From contig BTVJ01000117.1 of NCBI GenBank assembly GCA_045863395.1, forward strand, positions 1 to 20,104: DNA of 20,104 nt. The letters are read 5' to 3'. How positions within the stretch are numbered: the stretch's first letter is position 1; each line of letters begins with the position of its first letter. The position numbers and the translations under genes are program-made. The notes beneath the pieces were generated by a model. It ran no database searches, was not told the DNA's origin, and saw only the letters and a list, made by a program, of their open reading frames with translations. This stretch comes from Myxococcales bacterium. GTDB lineage: Bacteria; Myxococcota_A; UBA9042; JABWCM01; BTVJ01. Of this stretch, positions 1 to 7,519 are shown one piece after another.

Positions 1-87
1 CCGCCCGAAGGCGGCCATGAGGGGCGTGCAGCTATTTGTTGCTGACCCTGTCAGTGGGAGCCATCAAGACGCGGCCGTGTCGGGAGG

Positions 88-126
88 ATAAACGACGAGA
101 GGCCGAACCTTGCGGTCCGGCCTCTC
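88..126 (-). terminator. Probable intrinsic terminator of the minus-strand ncRNA unit
   Basis: Minus strand 126..97 reads GAGAGGCCGGACC-GCAA-GGTTCGGCCTCTC: a 13-bp stem with one G.U pair (it would be an A.C mismatch on the plus strand) and a GNRA loop. It is followed by GTCGTTTAT, a weak U tract. Confidence 0.6.
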
Positions 127-128
127 AA

Positions 129-1072
129 CGAGATTGATTGGTGATGGCGACGACGGGCCCCGTGGCCTGCCCCTCTTCAAAGCGTCTACGAACATGAAGT
201 CGAGCCAGCGCAATGCGCTGCTCCTCCTCTCCTGCAGTTCATCCGTCCTTCGATGTGTCTGGCTCGCCTGTCGTAGCGCCTCGGTGGCTTTGGCGCTCCC
301 TCTCGGTCCCTTCGCGCGAGGCGTCGGGCTTCGAGGTATTCCTTCAGGCGGCTCGGGCTAACCAACGGCGAATTGGAAGCCCGTCCATCCATGGACTTGG
401 ACCCTGCTTCAGAGTATCACCTCACGTCGCTGCACAGAACCACTCGACCGTGATCGAGCGATGCTCGCGGGAGCGTCCTGCGCGCGCTCTCCTGAGGTTG
501 GCGTTTGCGCCCCTTCAGCGCCTTTACAACATTGCCGAGCCACGTGCGCTTCGTCTCCGCCGCTCCCCCGAAGGGTCTCGACCAAGTTCGTCGCGCCAGC
601 CAGCCAGCTCCCATCCTCTCGGAGGGCAGCTCGCAGACTCTCCCGAGCTTGCCAGTCTCGGGCTTCGATGCGTCCACAGGTTTTCTCAACCTCTCGACGC
701 CTTGCTCCCAGCAGTGCCGCCCCGGCCTTGTCTCATGCCGGTTTCGCTCTTGGGGTTCGCTGTCCTTCAGAGGGTTTCCCTCCAACGCCGCCGACGAGGT
801 CGCACCTTGCGATGCGTCTTCTCCTCTCGGAGTCGCCTGCCCCTCCTGGCGTTGGCCGTGCCATTTGCCTGCGATTGCGACAAGCGCTATCGCCGACGGG
901 CGCCGGCTGCCTTCAGGGGTGTGAGCGTGCGTGGAGTCCGTTCCGCGCCGAGGCGTGGTTTAGGTGCCTGGCTTGGTCGATCCTCTCTTGGACTTTCTGG
1001 GGTCGTCCTTATCTCGGTTCTCAAAGAGCTTCGAGTGTCGGACGGGGCAACGAGGTTGCCGCCGTGCCATCT
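129..1072 (-). ncRNA. Candidate large (~0.9 kb) highly structured non-coding RNA, class not recognised
   Basis: No credible CDS. Ends pair: CGAGAT 1016-1011 with ATCTCG 134-129, and GACGAC 1007-1002 with GTCGTC 154-149. Seven non-crossing helices are each interrupted by a GAA/ARG-type 3x3 loop. GNRA/UUCG hairpins occur on the minus strand (832-821 GAGA, 816-801 GCAA, 575-566 UUCG). It has its own promoter and terminator. Boundaries are approximate. Confidence 0.75.
1018..1060 (-). promoter_or_regulatory. rrn-like boxB hairpin plus boxA-like antitermination element
   Basis: Minus strand: hairpin GGCAAC-CTC-GTTGCC (1060-1046), then GCTCTTTGAGAA (1029-1018), resembling E. coli rrn boxA TGCTCTTTAACA. 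Confidence 0.55.
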
Positions 1073-1079
1073 GCTGTGC

Positions 1080-1108
1080 ACTGTAGGCCAGACTGCCGGG
1101 TCCGTAAA
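1080..1108 (-). promoter_or_regulatory. Sigma70-type promoter driving the candidate ncRNA
   Basis: -35 TTTACG (1108-1103), 17-nt spacer, -10 TACAGT (1085-1080), with an AT-rich tract upstream (~1126-1150). Same geometry as four other promoter-like sites in the window. Confidence 0.6.
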
Positions 1109-1183
1109 CCCTTGGCGCGTCGACGAAGTGAAAAGCTATTTAGATTCAACGAGTTGATCCCGTGACACCAGGCGCGCACAGTT

Positions 1184-1390
1184 TCGTCCACACCCTGTCC
1201 ACAGGATCAAGCTCGCTGAAATTGCAGCGGTTCCACCCCGCCTGATCGCGGCCCACCAGCAACCACGCGGATTTGCGATTCTCCACACCTGTGGACAACC
1301 GCCGCGTGGATGAAATTGCGCCGATTCTTGCTGGATTCAGGAGGCAATCCACGGAAACAAGAGAATCAACGAGGCGGAGAATCGTTCACA
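1184..1390. promoter_or_regulatory. Cluster of DnaA-box-like 9-mers
   Basis: TCGTCCACA 1184-1192, CTGTCCACA 1195-1203, TTCTCCACA 1279-1287, TTGTCCACA (minus) 1290-1298, TCATCCACG (minus) 1305-1313, CAATCCACG 1345-1353 and TCGTTCACA 1382-1390, compared with consensus TT[A/G]TCCACA. The region is intergenic and lower in GC. Confidence 0.55.
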
Positions 1391-1434
1391 GGACCATCTC
1401 TGTGATCACGGTGAAATCCAGGAAAATCCGACGA

Positions 1435-2766
1435 TCACCGCCTGTCGCTTGACATGCTGAGGGGATCGACGGACAGCGCCTCCAGGAGGTCCATCGCGGC
1501 CAGGTCACGCTGGAGCCGTGCGCGAACGAGCTCCGTCTCCGCTGTGAACAGGGCGACGTCTGCGTCGCTCACCTCCAGCGAGGTCGCCTCCCCCAGGTCG
1601 GCCCGCGCGTGGACGAGCCCGTACTGCTCGAGAGCCACGTCACGCTGGCGCTCCGCCGTGGCGACCGTCGCGATTGCGGCCTTCAGATCCAGCGCCAGCC
1701 GCCGCACGTCGCGGGCGAGCGCTTTCTCTGCGCGGTCCAGCGCCAGGGCGCCGATGCGCTGCTCTGCGGCGGTCTCTTCGATGTCCGCGTAGCGCGCTCC
1801 GCCATCGTAGACGAGCCACTCGGCGACGAGGCGGATGTCCCAGCTATCGGTGTCGCCAGCGATGCCCGCGCTCTCGGATGCCTGGTAGTTGAAGACGACG
1901 CTCAGCTTGGGGAGCATGGACCACCAGGCGCCGTCCGCCAGGTGCTCGCTTGCAAGGAGGCGAGCCCGGGCGGCCACCAGCTCGGGGCGCTGGGCCGCGG
2001 CCTCTGCGATGGTCGCATCGGCCGGCACGACGACGGTCCGCGACGGTGCCTCCACGCGGACCGCCGTGTCCGCGTCCGTCAGGAAGCGCAGCAGCTCGAG
2101 GAGGGTGTCGCGCACGTTCTCCGCGGCGAGCAGGTCCCGCTGGGCCTGGAGCAGCACCAGCTCCGCGCGGCTCACATCGATGGGGATGCCCACCTCCCCG
2201 TCCAGCCGGACTCGCGCGGTCTCCAGGGACACCGTGGCCTTGTCGACGTTGCGCCGCACCACGGCGACCAGCATGTCCGCAGCAGCGGAAGACCAGTAGG
2301 TGCGGGCGGTCTCCCACAGAATGGCGCGCCTCACGGCCTCCGCATCGGAGCGGGCTGCCCGCAGCGCCTCGTAGCTCGCCTGGATGCTCTTGATCGCCCG
2401 CGCATCGACGAGCTGCATGGACGCGGACATCGTCGCGGTGAGGTCGTCCTGGCGCGTGATGATCCGCCCCCCGAAGGCGACCTCCTGGTCGCGGTGGACG
2501 TACTGCCCTTGCAGGCGGAGATTGGGCTTGAAGGAGGCCCAGGCGCGGTCCCGCCGCGCCGCCGCCTGGGTGGCACGCTCCGTGGCGGTCGCGATGTCCT
2601 GGTTGGCCCGTGCGGCCCGGGACAGGGCGTCATCGAGCCGCAAGAGGGTGGCTTCGGCGGACGTCGCCAGCAGCGCCTGTGGCACCGCGTCGGGCTGAGC
2701 ACTCGCCGAGGGAGCAGCGAGCGCCACCGCCCACAGGATGAGCTTGGAGAGAGGACGTGCGTTCAT
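1435..2766 (-). CDS. TolC-family outer membrane efflux protein
   Basis: 443 aa with a signal peptide. Two OEP-like halves show the typical patterns LDDALSRAARAN...FKPNLRLQGQY and AAAQRPEL...LPKLSVVFNY...W.VYDGG...GEATSLEVSDA. Confidence 0.9.
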   Translation of the reverse strand: MNARPLSKLILWAVALAAPSASAQPDAVPQALLATSAEATLLRLDDALSRAARANQDIATATERATQAAARRDRAWASFKPNLRLQGQYVHRDQEVAFGGRIITRQDDLTATMSASMQLVDARAIKSIQASYEALRAARSDAEAVRRAILWETARTYWSSAAADMLVAVVRRNVDKATVSLETARVRLDGEVGIPIDVSRAELVLLQAQRDLLAAENVRDTLLELLRFLTDADTAVRVEAPSRTVVVPADATIAEAAAQRPELVAARARLLASEHLADGAWWSMLPKLSVVFNYQASESAGIAGDTDSWDIRLVAEWLVYDGGARYADIEETAAEQRIGALALDRAEKALARDVRRLALDLKAAIATVATAERQRDVALEQYGLVHARADLGEATSLEVSDADVALFTAETELVRARLQRDLAAMDLLEALSVDPLSMSSDRR

Positions 2767-2859
2767 GGATGAGCTCCGGAAGGGGGGACGACGGGCTCAG
2801 CGCCGGACGAGCGCAGCCGCCGCACGAGTCCGGGGGCCGTCGCGAGGCGCAGGCCCGGC

Positions 2860-5469
2860 TCACTCGAACTTGAGGGAGTCCACCAGGATGGCCGTGTCGT
2901 AGATGCTGTCTCCGGCGTCCGTCGTGAAGAACTTGAGGGTGATGGGGCCCGCACCCGCGAAGGTGGACACGTTGGCCGTCGCCTGCTGCCACTGGGTGCT
3001 GTGGACGTCGCCCTGATCAAAGGACAGGTCGCTCGGCGTGAGGGGTACCGCCTTGGCTCCGCACCCTGCGCATTGGTTCGCGGGGCACAGGTCGTCGACC
3101 CGGACGTCCACGGTGGACAAGGTCCCCTGCTCTCCCTGGATGGACGCCTGGAACGTGTCCTGGTACTCGGAGCCGCACCACTCCAGGAACTCCTCCGAAT
3201 AGAACTTCCAGTAGAAGCTGAGCTGGGTCTTGCCCGACGGGATGCAGAACGTCTGTCTCAGCTCGCCGGTCTGGACGGTATAACCCATGCCGGTAGAGAT
3301 GATGCCCATGAACTTGCCGAGCACGGGCAGCGCGGCACCGAACTGGGAGATGACCCGCCCGTCCCCTTGGATGTCCCAGCCGATGGAGTTCCCCTTCTCG
3401 AAGTCGGCGTTGATGATGTCGGACTCGTTGATCGACAGGTTGGAGGCCCCGAACAGCCGGAAGAACGAGCCCTCGTGGTCCGGGTCCTGCTTGGACACGG
3501 CTGCCGCGCCCGCCGGGAGCTCCAGCTCCAGCATGTTGTTGAAGAAGTCGAGGCCCCGCTCCTTGGCGAACGTACTCGTGACCACGCCGGAGAAGCCCGC
3601 GATGGCCTTGGCGCCCGCGCCATAGAGCTCGCGGGCCAGCGTGCCGTTCCAGAGGGAGCTGCACGCCCCCAGGTAGACGAGGCTGTCGGGGAAGGGCTTG
3701 TTGTTCGCGTGGTGCGAGAAGAAGGACGGGAGCACGCCCCACTTGCCGCGGCCGTTGATCGCGACGCGCCCCATCTTGGCGTCCACCTGGGTGTTGTCCA
3801 GGCAGTAGCCGCTGGCGCTCGTCCCCTGGGCGTTGGTGAAGATGCACTCCGCGTTGCCGCCGCACTTGTTGTTGGCGTTGTCGCACGCCTGGACCGCCTG
3901 CATGAGCTTGGCGCACTCCACGGGCTCGCCGGTCCAGAGCACCTCCTGGTTGCCGGAGTGGTCCCACCGATAGCGGGCCTTGGCGTCGGCCGACAGCCCC
4001 CCGAACAGGGCGTCACCATGGGTCGCGATGGCGGCGATGCCCTTCTGGTGCAGGGTCCGGAAGGCTGCGAGGTCCGCGTGGACGTCCGTGCGCTCGTCCA
4101 CCGCGAACTTGGGGCAGCTCTTGCTGCGCAGCGATGACGCGATCTCGGGCGTCTCGTCCACCCCTTGGAGCTCCTGCGCGAAGGGGGAGAGCACCGCCAC
4201 GGAGCGGCTCTGGATGGGGACGCCGCCCAGCGCCGCGGACGGGACCGTCGTATAGCCCGGAGCGCCGCCGCCGCGGGTCCCGGGGGCGCTGCCGTCCACC
4301 GCCGCGAGGACCCCCGAACCGAAGGCAGCCCACACCCCGTTGCCGATGGGGCTCTTGCCCGAGGAGACCACCGACGGGTTCGCCTGGAGGGACGCCAGGG
4401 CCGCGTCCTGGGCGACCGCGGCGCCTTGCGCCCACGCTCCGTCGAAGGCGGCCTGGGCGGCCTGCGCGGCGCCGAGGACGGCCTGGCACTCCTGACCGGT
4501 GAAGTGCTGGAGCGCGTCGACGGTGATCACGTCCGACCAGGCGTTGAAGCCGGCCCCCCCGTCCGCCGGGATCACCTTGACCCGCACGCGGAACCAGAGC
4601 GTCTCGGGCGTCGGGTGCGTCACGGACAAGCGCACCGAGAACACGCCGTCCCCCGGGACCTCGTCGCCGGAGGTCGCGAAAGCGCCATTGTCGTGCATCT
4701 TCCAGACGGCCACCTGGTTGCCGGACGCGTCCACCTGGATCAGCTCCGCCGTGCTCGGGTCGAAGTTCGGGTAGAGGCTGATCGGGATCGTGAAGAACAG
4801 CTCGGTCTTCTCACCCACCCAGATGGAGGGCGGGCGCGCCACAGGGGGGCCATCGAAGTCGAACTGGGGGTTGTAGGTGATGCGGACGTGGTCGGTGACG
4901 GTGCTGCCGTCCGCGCCATGGGCAGTCACGGTGATCTCGTTGTCGCCCACGGTCAGGTTCAGCGGCGGGGAGCCCCAGAACGGGGAGCCGGCGCCCTCGA
5001 CGGTCTGGCCGCAGGAGCAGACGACCGAGATGGACGAGGCGTTGCCGAACACCAGGCCGTTGATGCTGACCACCGCGTTCTGGATGGCCACCGAGTCGGC
5101 GCTCGACGGGCCAATGATCTTCACGCCCAGCTCGGCCGCGGGGAACTCCTTGCCTCCGACGCCGGGAGTGGAGCTGGCGTCGCCCGTGGGGAGCGTCCCA
5201 CCGTCCGTGGAGCCCCCGCCGGTGCCTGCATCGGCCCCGCCTGTGCCGCCGCCCGTCCCGTCGCCGCCCGTGCTGCCGCCGTCGTGGGTGGGGCCGCCGC
5301 CGAAGCCGGGTCCCATGGAGCCATCCTGCTCCGTGGCGCCCGTCCCGTCGCCCCCGCTCCCGCCGCCTGAGCCTTCGTCGGCTCCCGGGTCATCGCACCC
5401 GCCGAGCAACACCCCGAGCGCACCGGCGAGCACCACCGCTCGCCATGACCACATCACGCGCAACTTCAT
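2860..5469 (-). CDS. Large multidomain lipoprotein: Gly/Thr linker, Ig-like domains, caspase/CHAT-like (clan CD) domain, C-terminal beta-sandwich resembling choice-of-anchor L
   Basis: 869 aa with lipobox LLGGC. Motifs: HDNG...GDEVPGDGVFS (choice-of-anchor X-like), IATHG and VYLGACSS followed by LARELYGAGAKAIAGF, and FYSEEFLEWCGSEYQDTF...DAGDSIYDTAILVD. Domain names assigned by eye. Confidence 0.75.
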   Translation of the reverse strand: MKLRVMWSWRAVVLAGALGVLLGGCDDPGADEGSGGGSGGDGTGATEQDGSMGPGFGGGPTHDGGSTGGDGTGGGTGGADAGTGGGSTDGGTLPTGDASSTPGVGGKEFPAAELGVKIIGPSSADSVAIQNAVVSINGLVFGNASSISVVCSCGQTVEGAGSPFWGSPPLNLTVGDNEITVTAHGADGSTVTDHVRITYNPQFDFDGPPVARPPSIWVGEKTELFFTIPISLYPNFDPSTAELIQVDASGNQVAVWKMHDNGAFATSGDEVPGDGVFSVRLSVTHPTPETLWFRVRVKVIPADGGAGFNAWSDVITVDALQHFTGQECQAVLGAAQAAQAAFDGAWAQGAAVAQDAALASLQANPSVVSSGKSPIGNGVWAAFGSGVLAAVDGSAPGTRGGGAPGYTTVPSAALGGVPIQSRSVAVLSPFAQELQGVDETPEIASSLRSKSCPKFAVDERTDVHADLAAFRTLHQKGIAAIATHGDALFGGLSADAKARYRWDHSGNQEVLWTGEPVECAKLMQAVQACDNANNKCGGNAECIFTNAQGTSASGYCLDNTQVDAKMGRVAINGRGKWGVLPSFFSHHANNKPFPDSLVYLGACSSLWNGTLARELYGAGAKAIAGFSGVVTSTFAKERGLDFFNNMLELELPAGAAAVSKQDPDHEGSFFRLFGASNLSINESDIINADFEKGNSIGWDIQGDGRVISQFGAALPVLGKFMGIISTGMGYTVQTGELRQTFCIPSGKTQLSFYWKFYSEEFLEWCGSEYQDTFQASIQGEQGTLSTVDVRVDDLCPANQCAGCGAKAVPLTPSDLSFDQGDVHSTQWQQATANVSTFAGAGPITLKFFTTDAGDSIYDTAILVDSLKFE

Positions 5470-5505
5470 GGGTTCACTCCAAGCGCTTCCGACCCGTGGC
5501 GGGAA

Positions 5506-5534
5506 ATGCTAACCAACGGGGGCGGCAATGGCAA
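5506..5534 (-). promoter_or_regulatory. Sigma70-type promoter for the 869-aa lipoprotein gene
   Basis: TTGCCA (5534-5529), 17 nt, TAGCAT (5511-5506), about 35 nt upstream of the ATG at 5469. Confidence 0.5.
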
Positions 5535-5549
5535 CCGGAAGCATGGAGG

Positions 5550-6563
5550 GTGAGCGCGTTGGGCGATGGTCGGGGTACGGACGCGACGACGGACGATCTC
5601 TGGGCCGCCCTGGGGCTGTGGGAGGAGCACGTCCGGGAGGTGCGCTTCGTCGCCCGCGGGGAGGGGACCGTCGGGGCGCTGCTGGCCGCTCGCCTGCGCG
5701 GCTGGCCAGAGGAGGAGATCCGGTTTGCCCTCGCCAGGTCGGGGGCCCTGGGCGCCGAAGGAGACGGCGCACGACCGTTGGTCCCCGGAGACGAGGTGCT
5801 GATGCGGCGTGTGGTTCGGGAGCCCCGGGTGCCGGTCCGGTGGCACGTGGTGCATGAGGACGCCAGGGTGGTGGTGGTGGACAAGGGCCCTGGCTATCCG
5901 GTCCACCCCGCGGGCGCCTTCGTCGAGCGGACGCTGCTTCGCGCCATGAGGCGAGGGGGCTACGACGTACACCCCGTGCACCGGCTGGACCGAGAGACGT
6001 CGGGCCTGGTGGTCCTGGCGCGCGACCGCTCGACGCTGAGGGACCTGAGCGAGACGTGGGGGTCGGTCCGCAAGCGCTACCTGGCCATGGTGGCGCCGGC
6101 CCCGGACTGGGACGTCCTGAGCACGAGAGCGCCCGTCGGACCGGCCCGCGGGGCGGAGCAGGTCCGGCAACAGGTGAGATCCGACGGGAAGGAGGCGGTG
6201 ACCCACCTTCGGGTTCTCCGTCGCTCGCCCCGGGCGGCCCTGATTTCGTGCGAGCCGGAGACGGGCCGCCAGCACCAGATCCGGGTGCATCTCGCTGCGC
6301 TCGGGTGCCCGCTCGTCGGCGACAAGCTATATCGCGACGACCCGCTGTACCTTCGCCTCGCGCGGGGTGAGGCCACCGCGGAGGAGCTGCGCGGGCTCGG
6401 TCACCCGCGCCACGCGCTGCACGCGGCGGAGCTGTGGCTTGCGGACGGGCTGCACCTGGTCACTCCCCTGCCCGCAGACCTCCGCGAGCTGGCAGCGGCG
6501 CTTGGGCTGCCCGACGGGGGGAACGAAGTTTCTCCTCAAGCGGCCGGGTGCCCCTCCCGATAG
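5550..6563 (+). CDS. RluA/RluD-family RNA pseudouridine synthase
   Basis: Motifs VDKGPG.PVHP, HRLDRETSGL (catalytic Asp), TGRQHQIRVHLA, PLVGDKLY and ALHA. Start is uncertain (GTG 5550 or TTG 5559). The ORF-track start at 5445 overlaps the divergent gene. Confidence 0.9.
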   Translation: MSALGDGRGTDATTDDLWAALGLWEEHVREVRFVARGEGTVGALLAARLRGWPEEEIRFALARSGALGAEGDGARPLVPGDEVLMRRVVREPRVPVRWHVVHEDARVVVVDKGPGYPVHPAGAFVERTLLRAMRRGGYDVHPVHRLDRETSGLVVLARDRSTLRDLSETWGSVRKRYLAMVAPAPDWDVLSTRAPVGPARGAEQVRQQVRSDGKEAVTHLRVLRRSPRAALISCEPETGRQHQIRVHLAALGCPLVGDKLYRDDPLYLRLARGEATAEELRGLGHPRHALHAAELWLADGLHLVTPLPADLRELAAALGLPDGGNEVSPQAAGCPSR

Positions 6564-6596
6564 GTCACGCATCCGTTTTGGGACGCAGAACCAAGG

Positions 6597-7409
6597 ATGA
6601 AGACCATGGCCAAGCTCAGAGAGGAGCTGCGAGAGCACACGCGGACCGCCCACCAGATGGCGGCTGAGTACCGGGACGTGGACGGAGCGATCCAGGAGGC
6701 CGTGACCGTCGATGTCAGCTCCGGGGGCGCCTTCTTCCGATCGGCGCGGCCCCCGCGACCCGGCGTGAAGGTCCCGATCAGTCTGTGGCCGGACCCGCGG
6801 AGTGAGGCGTCCATCGAGGCCCTCGCCGAGGTGCGCTGGACCATGGACCCCGGCGGGCGCTCCAGCGGTGGCTTCGGGGTGCGCTGGGTCGCGGCCGCGT
6901 CCTCGGACGGCTCGGTGATGCGCCACTTCGTGGAGAACGTGCTCCGCGTCACCCATGGGGTGGTCAAGGTGGTCCGGGACCCCAAGTCCCCCTCCGGCAA
7001 GCGCTACCTCTACCGGTTCCTGAAGGCCGTCGCGGCCGCCCCCGAGGCGCCCTGCACCGATGCCCCGTCCGCGGGTCCCTCCGACGGCGAGGCGGTGTTC
7101 CTGAGCGCCACGGTGAGGCACGGAGTGGTCAGCGTGGCTGGCTCCGTCATCGGCCTGACGGGCGACCGCCTGCGGGTGAAGGTGCCCCGCGGAATGCCGG
7201 CGTCCTTCCAGCGGGCGCAGGTCCACCTGCTGCTGGACTCGAGCACGGGCATGCTGCCCATCGTCTTCGAGGGGTCGGTGTCCTTCGCCCGCCCCGATGG
7301 CGTGCACCCGGACGCCGGAGAGTTCGTCCTGCGCATCACCAAGGTGGACGAGTACGGCCGCAAGGGCCTGTTCGCCCAATACCTCTCCTACCTGGCCAAG
7401 GCCGCCTGA
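6597..7409 (+). CDS. PilZ-domain protein (N-terminal PilZ plus a second degenerate PilZ-like barrel)
   Basis: RxxxR (REHTR) and DxSxxG (DVSSGG) motifs, followed by AEVRW...GFGVRW. The C-terminal half lacks clear c-di-GMP motifs. Confidence 0.75.
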   Translation: MKTMAKLREELREHTRTAHQMAAEYRDVDGAIQEAVTVDVSSGGAFFRSARPPRPGVKVPISLWPDPRSEASIEALAEVRWTMDPGGRSSGGFGVRWVAAASSDGSVMRHFVENVLRVTHGVVKVVRDPKSPSGKRYLYRFLKAVAAAPEAPCTDAPSAGPSDGEAVFLSATVRHGVVSVAGSVIGLTGDRLRVKVPRGMPASFQRAQVHLLLDSSTGMLPIVFEGSVSFARPDGVHPDAGEFVLRITKVDEYGRKGLFAQYLSYLAKAA

Positions 7410-7519
7410 GCCTCCGGTGACAGCGTTTCAAACCTCTGTGGCGTGAGCTGCCGACGGGCGTTGCGGCCTCCAGGGCGATGTGCGAGCCTTCCGCCCGGAC
7501 CAGCCCTGGAGGAGACGCC

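Noticed and set aside
1..87. Further small hairpins at the window edge (CCGCC-UUCG-GGCGG on minus 14-1; CTGAC-CCT-GTCAG 42-54)
   Set aside because: Truncated by the window boundary. They could be another RNA element or a gene end, and I cannot decide.
129..1072. Assignment to RNase P RNA (GAAAGUCC at 997-990), tmRNA (CACCA near 143-139), group II intron or rRNA
   Set aside because: I found no RNase P 3' CR-V (ACAGAA..CGGCUUA), no T-arm or matching acceptor stem for tmRNA/tRNA, no group II domain V and no rRNA universal motifs by eye.
110..1165. ORFs over the candidate ncRNA (213..1157 +, 461..1165 +, 417..785 -, 186..392 - and others)
   Set aside because: They are Arg/Ser/Pro-rich with no recognisable motifs or RBS and lack the strong GC3 pattern of the real genes. 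The base-pairing pattern explains the region better.
7410..7519. ZTP or THF riboswitch upstream of fhs
   Set aside because: Plausible from context, but the conserved ZTP motifs (GACUGGCG, CGCCUGGGC) are not present and the leader is short.
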